Positions 29,612-38,776 of a stretch of DNA of 53,991 bases are shown one piece after another (position 1 is the first letter of the stretch; every line of letters starts with the position of its first letter). The stretch comes from Bacillota bacterium. Its GTDB lineage: Bacteria; Bacillota; Dethiobacteria; DTU022; UBA8154. The notes under the pieces were generated by a model that saw nothing but the letters and a program-made list of their open reading frames with translations, had not been told where the DNA came from and made no database searches. The position numbers were made by a program, and so were the translations under genes. Location of the stretch: positions 1 to 53,991 of the forward strand of contig DUNV01000125.1 in NCBI GenBank assembly GCA_012839215.1, given 5' to 3'.

Positions 29612-29647
29612 GCGGCAAACAAGAATAAGGCGGAGAGCAACTCCGCC
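29612..29647 (-). terminator. Intrinsic terminator after adk
   Basis: GGCGGAG 29628-29634 pairs with CTCCGCC 29640-29646 (7-bp stem, 5-nt loop). Followed on the minus strand by TTATTCTTGTTT. Confidence 0.65.
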
Positions 29648-29688
29648 CAAATCTCAAAAACTAAAGCCGTTAAATCCACAAGTACCCT

Positions 29689-30345
29689 TTATTTTTCCTT
29701 CTTTTTTTCGAGATATGCCTTTATATCCTGAAATACCTCGTCAATGTCCCTGGCACCATCAAAATTCTCAAAAATACCCTTGCGCTGGTAGAACTCCATC
29801 ATGGGAAAGGTCTGTTTCTTATAAACGACGAGCCGCTCCTTGACTGTATCAATAGTGTCATCGCTTCGCTGGTACAGCTCTCCCCCACAGTGATCACAAA
29901 TAGTTCTTACCTTCGGGGGGTTGAACTTGATATGGTAGGTTGTCCCGCAATTTCGGCAAACCCTTCTACCGGTTAAACGGTTAAGTAGCTCCTCTTCATT
30001 GACATCCACATTGATAACAGCATCGAAAACCATGCCAAGATCATTCAATACATCGTCTAATGCTTCTGCCTGTTCCAGGGTGCGGGGAAAACCGTCCAGC
30101 AAAACTCCACTGGCACAATCAGGTTTGGATAGCCTGTCCCTGACCACCTCGATTACAATTTCATCTGGCACAAGTGCCCCTTTATCCATATATTCCTTGG
30201 CCTTTTTACCTGTTTCTGTTCCTTCCTTGATGGCATTGCGAAATATATCTCCGGTGGAAATATGCAGAAGGGAAAATTCTTTGGCTATTCTTTCCGCCTG
30301 GGTTCCCTTGCCGGCCCCGGGAGGTCCCATAATCATTAGATGCAT
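29689..30345 (-). CDS. adk: Adenylate kinase (zinc-lid type)
   Basis: P-loop GPPGAGKGTQ, LLDGFPRT, lid CRNCGTTYH...CDHCGGELYQRSDD. Has its own downstream terminator. Confidence 0.94.
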   Translation of the reverse strand: MHLMIMGPPGAGKGTQAERIAKEFSLLHISTGDIFRNAIKEGTETGKKAKEYMDKGALVPDEIVIEVVRDRLSKPDCASGVLLDGFPRTLEQAEALDDVLNDLGMVFDAVINVDVNEEELLNRLTGRRVCRNCGTTYHIKFNPPKVRTICDHCGGELYQRSDDTIDTVKERLVVYKKQTFPMMEFYQRKGIFENFDGARDIDEVFQDIKAYLEKKKEK

Positions 30346-30513
30346 TTGAATACTCCTCCTTTTTTCTTCATGCTGTTGATGAGTCTCGGCAAATATTAAA
30401 ACGTAAATATGAATTCTTCATATCTGAATAGAAATCCTGCCTGGAAATACATAATTTTCTTTACCATAAGGCATAATGGAAATTAACATGTAATAACTTA
30501 AGTGGAGAGAAAT

Positions 30514-31104
30514 ATGAATAAATTTATGCAGCCTACCGCTGCCGATGAAACTACAAGAACGATTATCAACCCCCTGGATGAAAAATCCTCGGTTACTTTT
30601 ATTCATACACTTTCAACATTATTGAACGATATTCCCCGACCGGCATCTGATTTACTCATCCTCTGTATAGGAAGCGACCGATCCACGGGAGATTCCCTGG
30701 GGCCTCTCGTGGGAAGCATGTTAAAAACATATTCCATCAGAAATATAATCGGCACCTTGTCAGAACCTGTGCACGCCCTCAATATTGAGCAAAAGATTGC
30801 TTCTATAGAAATAGACTATTCTTCCCCCATAATTCTTGCTATTGATGCCTCCCTGGGGCAAAAAGAAAACATTGGCTCTGTGGAAATTGGCAGCGGAACT
30901 GTCAAGCCAGGTGCGGCAGTACAAAAAAAATTACCCGCTATTGGGGATCTTTATATCACCGGAATCGTCAATGTAGGGGGCTATATGGAATTTATGGTGT
31001 TGCAAAGTACCAGGCTCAACCTCGTTATCAGGTTGGCCCGCTTTATCAGCTGGGGCATTTCACAGGCGCTTGCCAAAGTTTCCTGGTATAGGCCAATAAA
31101 CTAG
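30514..31104 (+). CDS. yyaC: Sporulation protein YyaC (GPR-like spore-protease fold, DUF1256)
   Basis: LCIGSDRSTGDSLGPLVG and AIDASLG motifs. Conserved position next to parB. ATG 30514 follows GGAGAG; the track GTG 30502 overlaps the SD. Confidence 0.85.
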   Translation: MNKFMQPTAADETTRTIINPLDEKSSVTFIHTLSTLLNDIPRPASDLLILCIGSDRSTGDSLGPLVGSMLKTYSIRNIIGTLSEPVHALNIEQKIASIEIDYSSPIILAIDASLGQKENIGSVEIGSGTVKPGAAVQKKLPAIGDLYITGIVNVGGYMEFMVLQSTRLNLVIRLARFISWGISQALAKVSWYRPIN

Positions 31105-31173
31105 CCGCTACCATACGATATACACCCAATCATTTTTAGCTTGGGCAAAGGGGAAAATTTATCAGGGTACTAA

Positions 31174-31189
31174 TGTTTCACGTGAAACA
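31174..31189. promoter_or_regulatory. parS: parS centromere site (ParB/Spo0J binding)
   Basis: TGTTTCACGTGAAACA is an exact match to the Firmicute parS consensus TGTTNCACGTGAAACA. It abuts the parB stop codon at 31190-31192. Confidence 0.9.
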
Positions 31190-32062
31190 TTAGTACCGCA
31201 TCAATAATTGCAACAATCTATCCAGGTCCTTGTTACCATAAAATGATATTTCAATTTTTCCCTCTTTTATCCCTGATCTAATGGAAACCTTTGTGCCAAA
31301 AAGTTTTCTCAAATTATCTTCCATTTCTTTTATGATGGCATCTTCTTTTTCTTTCCCTTTTGCCGCCTTTTTCCTTTGTGGCCTACCGGTTTTTTGCTCC
31401 TGGACAAGTCGTTCTACTTGCCGTGCCGTTAAATTTTCATCAATAATTTTTGCGGCATATGCTATTTGTTCGCTTTGATTCCCCATTGTTAAAATGGGCC
31501 TTATTTGCCCCGGTGTCAATTTTCCCGAAGCAAGATCCTCTTTGATGCTTTCCGGCAAGGCTAACAACCTAATGGCATTGGAGATAGCCGAACGGCTCTT
31601 CCCAAGCCTCTTTGCCACGTCGTCCTGAGTCAGCTTAAATTCCTCTATTAGTTTTCGGTAGGCGTCAGCCTCTTCTAGGGGGTTAAGATCCTCACGCTGC
31701 AAGTTTTCTATGAGGGCTATTTCTGTATATTGTCTTTCACTGTAATCCCTTATCTCTGCGGGAATGGTTTTTTTTCCGGCAAGAACGGCAGCCCTAAATC
31801 TTCTTTCACCGGCAACTATTGTATATAAACCCTCTTCTTCTACGACGATGATTGGCTGAATAACTCCATACTGGTTAATCGTCTCCGCCATTCCTTCTAA
31901 CTTTTGCCGATCAAACTCCCTTCTGGGCTGCATAGGGTTTGGCCTAATTTTCTCTATAGATATTTCTGTTATCTTTCTTCCTTTAAAACCCCCCATTCCG
32001 GCGATAGTGTTTGCCGTGGGGATCAAAGCTTCAAGTCCTTTACCCAGCCGCGGTCTGGTCAC
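31190..32062 (-). CDS. parB: Chromosome partitioning protein ParB/Spo0J
   Basis: IRPNPMQPRREF, GERRFRAA, HTH region DDVAKRLGKSRSAISNAIRLL. 4-nt overlap with parA. Confidence 0.95.
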   Translation of the reverse strand: MTRPRLGKGLEALIPTANTIAGMGGFKGRKITEISIEKIRPNPMQPRREFDRQKLEGMAETINQYGVIQPIIVVEEEGLYTIVAGERRFRAAVLAGKKTIPAEIRDYSERQYTEIALIENLQREDLNPLEEADAYRKLIEEFKLTQDDVAKRLGKSRSAISNAIRLLALPESIKEDLASGKLTPGQIRPILTMGNQSEQIAYAAKIIDENLTARQVERLVQEQKTGRPQRKKAAKGKEKEDAIIKEMEDNLRKLFGTKVSIRSGIKEGKIEISFYGNKDLDRLLQLLMRY

Positions 32063-32817
32063 CTGGCAAGCACCTCCTCTGCCAATAATTTGTATACTTC
32101 CGCACCTTTGCTGCGTGGATCGTATTTTATAATCGGCTCCCCATGGCTTGGCGCCTCGCTCAAACGAACATTCCTGGGGATGACAGCACGAAAAACAACT
32201 TCCCCGAAATGTTTTCTAACCTCATCTGCCACCTGCAAAGATAAATTTGTTCTGCTGTCATACATCGTCAGGATAACGCCGCGTATTTGCAGGTCACTGT
32301 TAAGGTGTTTTTTGACCAGATCGATTGTATTCACCAGCTGCCCCAAACCCTCCAGGGCATAATACTCGCACTGTATCGGCACCAAAACAATATCCGCGGC
32401 GGTTAGAGCGTTTAGGGTCAGCAATCCCAATGAGGGCGGGCAGTCAATAAAAATAAAATCATACTCATTTCGTATTTTTTCTATGACCTTTTTCAATCTT
32501 ACTTCCCTGGATAGGGTAGGAACCAGCTCTATTTCGGCACCGGCCAATTGAATTGTCGCCGGAATAACATCAAGACCGCCAATGGAACTTTCCACAATAA
32601 TTTTCCTGGCATCGATATCGTTAATTAAAGCATCATAAATACACCGTTTTATTTTTTGTTTATCAATACCGATGCCGCTCGTGGCGTTTCCCTGTGGATC
32701 GATATCTAACATTAAAACTTTTTTTCCCAAATCAGCCAGGCAAGCGCTTAAATTTACAGCTGTCGTTGTTTTACCCACACCGCCTTTTTGGTTTGTTATA
32801 GCTATTACCCCATTCAA
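32059..32817 (-). CDS. parA: Chromosome partitioning ATPase ParA/Soj
   Basis: Deviant Walker A NQKGGVGKTTTAVNL, FIFIDCPPSLG. Confidence 0.95.
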   Translation of the reverse strand: MNGVIAITNQKGGVGKTTTAVNLSACLADLGKKVLMLDIDPQGNATSGIGIDKQKIKRCIYDALINDIDARKIIVESSIGGLDVIPATIQLAGAEIELVPTLSREVRLKKVIEKIRNEYDFIFIDCPPSLGLLTLNALTAADIVLVPIQCEYYALEGLGQLVNTIDLVKKHLNSDLQIRGVILTMYDSRTNLSLQVADEVRKHFGEVVFRAVIPRNVRLSEAPSHGEPIIKYDPRSKGAEVYKLLAEEVLAR

Positions 32818-32965
32818 AGCAATTCACCCCTACAGCTATATATTCGAGTAAAAGCATCCCAGGTCCTTCCTGATAGGAAAAGTAAAAGTTAATCGTTTCC
32901 ACAAAGATTTGCTTTTCCCTGCCCAGGCATTATGTTTGCGAGGTGTACGCTGGAAACAATCCCCA

Positions 32966-32989
32966 ACAAAAAAAGGGCCTGCAGGCCCC
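32966..32989 (-). terminator. Intrinsic terminator after noc
   Basis: Palindrome GGGCCTGCAGGCCC 32975-32988, followed on the minus strand by TTTTTTTG, 40 nt after the noc stop. Confidence 0.75.
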
Positions 32990-33027
32990 AGAGTCGATTG
33001 GCGAACAAATTAGTTTTACTATAAAGT

Positions 33028-33876
33028 TTAAATCGTAGTATCCCTTTTCGGCAAACGTATTCTTATTTCCCAGAAATTATCCCCATCAGTTTCATCTACT
33101 TCCGGAAATAGACCTGCCCTTTCAATAATTTGTACAGCTTGTCTGATAGTATTTAAAAAAATTCTCATATCCTTGATCACTGCTTTTTTGAAAGGAACAT
33201 TTTTCTTTTTTTTCTTGTTATCCTTCGTAACAAATTGATCGACTAGCAAGTCGGTACTCCTGACATTTAGTTCCTTCTCGATGATAATTTCCAAGGCCTC
33301 TTTTTGTTTCTCGTGCGATTCTAGCCTTAGTAGGGATCGGGCATGCCTTTCGGTAAGCTTTTCCTTTTTGAGCTTTTCCAGTATTCCCTGCGGTAGCTTT
33401 AAAATTCTAAGTTTATTAGCTATTGTTGATTGGCTTTTGCCCAATCTTTGCGCCAAAACCTCCTGAGTTAAATTGAATTCATCGATGAGCCGCCTGTAAC
33501 CTTCTGCCTCTTCGATAAAGCTCAGGTTCTCCCTCTGCAAATTTTCGATGAGCGCCACAGCCGCCAGAGTGCTATCCTGATATTCACGAACAATTGCGGA
33601 TATTTCCTGCCATCCAAGAAATAAACAAGCCTGATAACGCCGTTCCCCTGCCGCAATTTGATAACCATTGTCGGTTTTTGTCAAAATTATTGGCTGCAAG
33701 AGGCCATATGTTTTGATCGACTGTGCCAATTCCCTGATCTTTTCCTGTTCAAAAGTTTTTCTGGGCTGGTATGGGTTTGAAACGATGCTGGCAATAGGAA
33801 CGTTGATAATTTGCTCCGCTTCTCCCTTTTTGTTTTCATCCCGAGTACCCCATATCCTACCCCAGTGTTCCTTCAT
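33028..33876 (-). CDS. noc: Nucleoid occlusion protein Noc (ParB paralogue)
   Basis: VSNPYQPRKTF, GERRYQAC, HTH QEVLAQRLGKSQSTIANKLRIL. Canonical position between rsmG and soj. Confidence 0.88.
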   Translation of the reverse strand: MKEHWGRIWGTRDENKKGEAEQIINVPIASIVSNPYQPRKTFEQEKIRELAQSIKTYGLLQPIILTKTDNGYQIAAGERRYQACLFLGWQEISAIVREYQDSTLAAVALIENLQRENLSFIEEAEGYRRLIDEFNLTQEVLAQRLGKSQSTIANKLRILKLPQGILEKLKKEKLTERHARSLLRLESHEKQKEALEIIIEKELNVRSTDLLVDQFVTKDNKKKKKNVPFKKAVIKDMRIFLNTIRQAVQIIERAGLFPEVDETDGDNFWEIRIRLPKRDTTI

Positions 33877-33913
33877 TTTTTCACCCCGTAGCCAAGATAA
33901 TCTTTAAATGAAT

Positions 33914-33927
33914 ATTTCCCGGGAAAA
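33914..33927. promoter_or_regulatory. Noc-binding-site-like palindrome directly upstream of noc
   Basis: ATTTCCCGGGAAAA, 1 mismatch to ATTTCCCGGGAAAT. Lies 38 nt upstream of the noc ATG (33876), in the rsmG-noc spacer. Confidence 0.55.
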
Positions 33928-33977
33928 AAGCATACCAAAAAGATAATTCGACATCCGCTAATATTTCCCTTCCTACG

Positions 33978-34724
33978 CTATGATGGAAAAGAAGACGGAT
34001 TTTGGGAAACAACAGGCCTTTTTTGGGGCAGACCTGCTTTTCTGGGAAAACGATCATCTGTGTGTTGTACTTTTTTAAAGAGTAGCAAGGATCTTTTCTT
34101 TTTGGCATGGGGTAAGGTGTAAGTAATGGTTTTTTGCAGGCGCCCTCCGCATTTTTCAATGATCTTTTCGGCTTCCCTTAGTTCAGCCTTAAAGCCTTGT
34201 CCCTTAAAAGCCCAAAAATAGCCTCCAATTTTTATAAGTGGCAAGGCCAGTTCCACGGCAACGTTAAGTGGAGCAAGGGCACGCGCAGTAACCCACCCAT
34301 ATTTTTCCCTTCCCTCGCCTTGCCCTAGCTCTTCAGCCCGCTTCTGCAGAAAAGTAATCTTTTTTAATTCAAGCTCCCTAACAGCCTTCCTTAAAAATAA
34401 GATTTTTTTACGCCTTGAATCTACAAGATGAAGCTGAAGATCAGGCAAAAAAATTTTGATGGGCAGCCCGGGAAAACCGGCGCCACTGCCCAGATCCAAG
34501 AGTTCTTCCCCGGCCTTCTCCAATCCAAGGGAAAAACCGGCCAAAGAATCCAAAAAATGTTCCTCCAAAATTTCATTTTTCCCGGTTATACGTGTCAGAT
34601 TAAATTTTTGATTATAATAGGTCAGGATCCGGTAATATTTCTCAAATAAAAGCCCCTGTTCCGGAGATAATTCTATTTTCCATTGGGCGGCTTCTTTAAT
34701 GATCCATTCTATTTGCATAAACAC
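33978..34724 (-). CDS. rsmG: 16S rRNA (guanine527-N7)-methyltransferase
   Basis: FNLTRITGKNEILEEHFLDSL and SAM motif LDLGSGAGFPGLP. The start may be ATG 34718 rather than GTG 34724. Confidence 0.93.
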   Translation of the reverse strand: MFMQIEWIIKEAAQWKIELSPEQGLLFEKYYRILTYYNQKFNLTRITGKNEILEEHFLDSLAGFSLGLEKAGEELLDLGSGAGFPGLPIKIFLPDLQLHLVDSRRKKILFLRKAVRELELKKITFLQKRAEELGQGEGREKYGWVTARALAPLNVAVELALPLIKIGGYFWAFKGQGFKAELREAEKIIEKCGGRLQKTITYTLPHAKKKRSLLLFKKVQHTDDRFPRKAGLPQKRPVVSQNPSSFPS

Positions 34725-34740
34725 CCCTGTTCATTTCCTT

Positions 34741-36138
34741 CTACTTACCGATACAGAATTTGGCAAAAATATTACCTAAGACATCTTCTTTAATCTTTTC
34801 TCCCAATAGCTCCCCCAGCAGATCCTCCACCAATCGCAAATCAATACTGATAAGATCCAATGGTATGCCTTGTTCCAGTGAATTTAAGGCGCTTTGCAAA
34901 AGATCCCTTACCTTTTGAATCAGTTCCTCTTGCCTAATTAGCAGCATGAGCGGCCTCTCATCCTTGGAAGCCTTGCCTGTGAAAACCAATTTTTCTATTT
35001 CATCTTCAAGAAGATCGAGCCCCTCGCCTGTCTTGATAGATGTTTTTATATAATTTTTCCCGTTAAAATAGCTCCTAAATGAATTTTCATCGATCTTGTT
35101 GCCCAGGTCTATTTTGTTGGCAATAAATATGATTGCCCCACTGTTTTTATTAATTATATCCTTGTAGATCCACATATCTTCCTCAGTAATACCTGTGGAG
35201 GCATCCAGAAGAAAAATTATTAGGTCGGCCTCCCGGATGGCCTTTTTTGAATAGTCAATTCCTATCTTTTCAATGGGGTTATCCTCGCCTTGTAGATGTA
35301 TTCCAGCAGTATCAATAATTTCTATAGGTATGCCTCTTACTTTAACGAATTCTACCAACAAATCCCTCGTTGTTCCCGGAATTTCACTTACAATTGCCCT
35401 TTCCTCCCCCAAAAAATAATTATAGAGGGAAGACTTGCCGACGTTGGGCCTGCCCCCGATAACAGTTTTGAGGCCATCCCTTAATATTTTGCCACTTTTA
35501 CTTTTTTCTGATATATGGGCAATCATTTCTGCAAGTTTTTTTACTTTTTCCTTGATCTCTTCATAAGAGGTAAGCTCATCTTCCAGATCATCCTGGTAAA
35601 ATTCTAGATCGGCCTCCACATCGGTCAAAATTTCGCCGATGAGCTTTGACATTTTCCTGATGCTTTCAGAAAAAAAGCCGCCTAGGTTTCTTTGTGCGGC
35701 CTTTAAAGCCTTTTCACTTTTTGCCTGTATAACGGCAAGGATGCTTTCTGCCTGAATTAAATCAATTCTCCCATTCAGAAAGGCTCTTTTAGTAAATTCA
35801 CCTGGTTCCGCCAGTCTGGCCCCCTTGCTCTGTAAAAGTCTTAAAATTAATTGTATTAATGTTATTCCACCGTGTACATTGATCTCGACAATATCTTCTT
35901 TCGTATAGGTAAAAGGAGCAGGCATATAGCATATTAATATTTCGTCAATAATGACATCATTATCATCGACAAAGTGTCCAAAAGTTAATTTTCTTGGTAT
36001 TAATTTGGCTGCTTTCTTTTTTTTATTGAGAAAAAAATTGAGGGCAATTTCCAGGGCCCTGGGGCCACTCATCCTGATGATGCCGATAGCACCTTCGCCA
36101 GGAGGAGTAGAAAGTGCAACAATAGTATCACTTTCCAT
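34741..36138 (-). CDS. mnmE: tRNA modification GTPase MnmE
   Basis: DTIVALSTPPGEGAIGIIRMSG, G1 GRPNVGKSSL, C-terminal FCIGK. Confidence 0.95.
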   Translation of the reverse strand: MESDTIVALSTPPGEGAIGIIRMSGPRALEIALNFFLNKKKKAAKLIPRKLTFGHFVDDNDVIIDEILICYMPAPFTYTKEDIVEINVHGGITLIQLILRLLQSKGARLAEPGEFTKRAFLNGRIDLIQAESILAVIQAKSEKALKAAQRNLGGFFSESIRKMSKLIGEILTDVEADLEFYQDDLEDELTSYEEIKEKVKKLAEMIAHISEKSKSGKILRDGLKTVIGGRPNVGKSSLYNYFLGEERAIVSEIPGTTRDLLVEFVKVRGIPIEIIDTAGIHLQGEDNPIEKIGIDYSKKAIREADLIIFLLDASTGITEEDMWIYKDIINKNSGAIIFIANKIDLGNKIDENSFRSYFNGKNYIKTSIKTGEGLDLLEDEIEKLVFTGKASKDERPLMLLIRQEELIQKVRDLLQSALNSLEQGIPLDLISIDLRLVEDLLGELLGEKIKEDVLGNIFAKFCIGK

Positions 36139-36162
36139 TTGTCTGATATAACCTTTCCTTAA

Positions 36163-36201
36163 TGAAATAAAACCGCCTAATCCAAAGCCTGGTTAAGACG
36201 G
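36163..36201 (-). terminator. Imperfect hairpin plus T-tract after jag (possible partial terminator)
   Basis: Minus strand: CCGTCTTAACCA-ggctt-TGGATTAGGCGG (12-position stem with 1 wobble and 2 mismatches) then TTTTATTTC. Only about 25 nt remain before the mnmE ATG, so read-through is probably required. Confidence 0.35.
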
Positions 36202-36211
36202 CAAAAATAAT

Positions 36212-36835
36212 CTATTTCGGAGCTATAATTACCTTTCTAAATGGTTCATCGCCCTTACTATAAGTAACAACATCTCTATTGCCCTTTAGGGCCAGATGAA
36301 TGATGCGTCGCTCGTTCGGTGTCATCGGCTCCAAATTTATTTCCTTTTTGAGGCGCAGTGCCTTAAAGGCAAGGTTTTGGGCCAGGTGTTCCAGCGTCCT
36401 TTTCCTTTTCTGCCGATAATTTTCTATATCGATGATTACCCTTTGTCTCACTGATTCAAATTGCCTATGAAGGATCACATTGGCCAGATATTGCAGATCG
36501 TTGAGAGTACTGCCATGTTTCCCGATTAAAAGCCCTAATTTTTCACCCTTAATTTCTAAAAAAATATTCTCCTCGTCTTCTTTGCTAATATTTACTTCCC
36601 CATCTATCCCGATAATATGCACAATTTTTTTGATACTATCCCGAATATAAACGCTCGGCTTCTTTAAAATACTTACTTTAATTTTTGCCGGTCTGCCACC
36701 TAATAATTTAAAAAAACCCTGGGAAGGTTCGTTAATAATTTCCACCTCGACATTGTCCCTTTTTACCCCCAGCATTTTTATGGCTTCGGAAAGCGCTTCT
36801 TCAACTGTTTTTGCGCTCACTTCAACAGATGTCAT
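36212..36835 (-). CDS. jag: Jag/KhpB RNA-binding protein (KH + R3H)
   Basis: 207 aa. GKHGSTLNDLQYL (KH) and ERRIIHLAL (R3H). Canonical position after yidC. Confidence 0.9.
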   Translation of the reverse strand: MTSVEVSAKTVEEALSEAIKMLGVKRDNVEVEIINEPSQGFFKLLGGRPAKIKVSILKKPSVYIRDSIKKIVHIIGIDGEVNISKEDEENIFLEIKGEKLGLLIGKHGSTLNDLQYLANVILHRQFESVRQRVIIDIENYRQKRKRTLEHLAQNLAFKALRLKKEINLEPMTPNERRIIHLALKGNRDVVTYSKGDEPFRKVIIAPK

Positions 36836-36899
36836 AAATTTTTTTCCAGCCCCCTTCTCTTATTTTCCTTAAAAGTTGTTCTTTTGGGCTTTCATATTT

Positions 36900-37679
36900 T
36901 TATTTTTTTTTACCCTTGCTTTTTCCCTTTTTCTTGAACTGTTTTTTCTTTCTGCCACTACTTTTTACCTTCGTAGCTGTTGTTACATTCTTTTCCAGGC
37001 TGGCAGACACGACTTTTTCCCTGGTTGCCTCTTTTTTTTCTTTTCCCGATTCTATCTTTTTAGTATCTATTTTTCTCATGGTCAAATGATTAACAATGGC
37101 AAAAACCGAATTAGTGAGCCAGTATAGCACTAGACCGGCGGGAAAACTGACGCTGATAACCATGATCATTACCGGGAAAATATAAAGCATCATCTTTTGC
37201 TTGGGATCGGTGATGATGAGGCGTTGTTGAAAAAAAGTCAATACTGCGGCTATAATGGGCAAAACATAGTGGGGATCGCTCTTAGTCAAATCCCAGAATA
37301 AAAAATAAGGACTGAAATCTGATGTTGTTTTAGTAATAAGATTAGGATCCCTGAGCAGTTGGAAAACAGCAATAAGAATGGGAAACTGTACAATGAGAGG
37401 GAGACATCCTCCGAGTGGATTCACCTTGTTCTCCCTCATAAATTCCATTGTTGCCTGGTTTAATTTTTCTTTATCATGTTTATATTTTTCCTGAATTTTT
37501 TTCAGCTCAGGCTGAATATCCTGCATTTTCTTTGATGCCTGAAGTTGCTTTCTGGTCAGTGGAAGGGTAACAATGTTTACTACTGCTGTCAGCATAATGA
37601 TTGCCAAACCATAATTGTTAACCTGGTCATAGAAAAATGTAAGAACTATATTAATGTAACCCGCCAAGGCCTCAATCAT
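36900..37679 (-). CDS. yidC: Membrane protein insertase YidC/SpoIIIJ (short Gram-positive type, basic C-tail)
   Basis: LTRKQLQASKKMQDIQPELKKIQEKYK, NPLGGCLPLIVQFPI, Lys-rich tail KKKGKSKGKKK. Confidence 0.93.
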   Translation of the reverse strand: MIEALAGYINIVLTFFYDQVNNYGLAIIMLTAVVNIVTLPLTRKQLQASKKMQDIQPELKKIQEKYKHDKEKLNQATMEFMRENKVNPLGGCLPLIVQFPILIAVFQLLRDPNLITKTTSDFSPYFLFWDLTKSDPHYVLPIIAAVLTFFQQRLIITDPKQKMMLYIFPVMIMVISVSFPAGLVLYWLTNSVFAIVNHLTMRKIDTKKIESGKEKKEATREKVVSASLEKNVTTATKVKSSGRKKKQFKKKGKSKGKKK

Positions 37680-37730
37680 CGTTTAACCCCCTTTTCCCCA
37701 TTTTTAATATACCCTATCTACTATTGCCGC

Positions 37731-37955
37731 TTAAACCTTGCCTTTTTTAACGACAGGATCATAGCCTCCCGGATTGAAGGGATGGCAGCGTATAATTCGT
37801 TTCCCCGCCAAATAAAGACCCCTTACCACACCATATTCTTCTAGAGAGTCCATACAGTATTGGGAACATGAAGGATAAAAGCGGCAACATGGAGGAAATA
37901 AAGGGGATATTATATTTCGGTAGATCTTTAAAATAAATAAAAGTATCGTTTTCAT
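37731..37955 (-). CDS. yidD: Membrane protein insertion efficiency factor YidD
   Basis: 74 aa. CRFYPSCSQY and CHPFNPGGYDPV. ATGA overlap with the rnpA stop. Confidence 0.92.
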   Translation of the reverse strand: MKTILLFILKIYRNIISPLFPPCCRFYPSCSQYCMDSLEEYGVVRGLYLAGKRIIRCHPFNPGGYDPVVKKGKV

Positions 37956-38314
37956 CTGACAAGTTTTCCCCTGGACAAAATTTTGTTTAAATCATTAACC
38001 GCATCAGCGTATAAAATATGTCCAGCTCCTCTTCTAGCCACAATTATGAAGTCGAAACCTTCTTTCACCACATCTTTAAAATTCATAAATGCTTCTTTAT
38101 AAATCCTTTTCAAACGGTGCCTTTGCACGCTGTTTCCAATTTTTTTACTGATCGAAATCCCAAGGTTATTATCGTGACCGCCGTTTTTTTTAAAAAAAAG
38201 TATCATGTTCTTTGTTGACAAAGATTTCCCCAGGCGGTAAATTCTTTGAAACTGAAAATTCTTTTTCAGTCTGCCAACCTTTGGTGATTTGCCCCTCTTA
38301 TTTATCTTGCTCAT
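37952..38314 (-). CDS. rnpA: RNase P protein component
   Basis: 120 aa. RLKKNFQFQRIY and GNSVQRHRLKR (RNR-type motif). Confidence 0.92.
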   Translation of the reverse strand: MSKINKRGKSPKVGRLKKNFQFQRIYRLGKSLSTKNMILFFKKNGGHDNNLGISISKKIGNSVQRHRLKRIYKEAFMNFKDVVKEGFDFIIVARRGAGHILYADAVNDLNKILSRGKLVR

Positions 38315-38325
38315 AAAAAATTCCT

Positions 38326-38460
38326 TTAAGCAGTTATCCTCGATCTTTCTTTCTTTCTTCTTCTCTTGATGATTCTCCTGCCGGAAAGCGTTCTCATTCT
38401 CTTTCTAAATCCATGTAAACGTTGCCTCTTCCTTTTTTTGGGCTGGTATGTTCTTTTCAC
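38326..38460 (-). CDS. rpmH: 50S ribosomal protein L34
   Basis: Below the 60-aa track cutoff. Hand translation of the minus strand gives [44 protein letters not shown] then stop (44 aa). GTG start with AAGGGG 8 nt upstream. Confidence 0.93.
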   Translation of the reverse strand: MKRTYQPKKRKRQRLHGFRKRMRTLSGRRIIKRRRKKERSRITA

Positions 38461-38732
38461 TTATTAAACCCCTTTTCTTTAAATATCCTTGTTAATTGCG
38501 CTAAACTCTTGCCTGATTATAACTTATCATTTAAAAAGATGTCAACAATCCCTTAAATGTGATTTATATTTTTAAAAAGATAAAAGTGACTATCCAACAG
38601 GTATTCAATGATATTTGAATATTTTGGCATCTATCATCTTCATTCACCTTTTTTTCTTCATTTGCAGCTCCGTCCTTTTCTTGCTATTATTTAATTGTTC
38701 CATAAGAAATTATCAGACTATTATACAGCAGT

Positions 38733-38776
38733 TTATCCACATTTTTTGTGGATAAATTATTGTATTTTGTGAATAA
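38733..38776. other. oriC DnaA-box cluster 1 (upstream of dnaA)
   Basis: TTATCCACA 38733-38741 (perfect), TGTGGATAA 38747-38755 (perfect, opposite orientation), TGTGAATAA 38768-38776 (1 mismatch). Confidence 0.85.

Noticed and set aside
30346-30513. Forespore or mother-cell sigma-factor promoter for yyaC (GCATA and CATxxTA-like strings)
   Set aside because: Spacings between candidate -35 and -10 elements do not fit SigF, SigG, SigE or SigK consensus, so no promoter was called.
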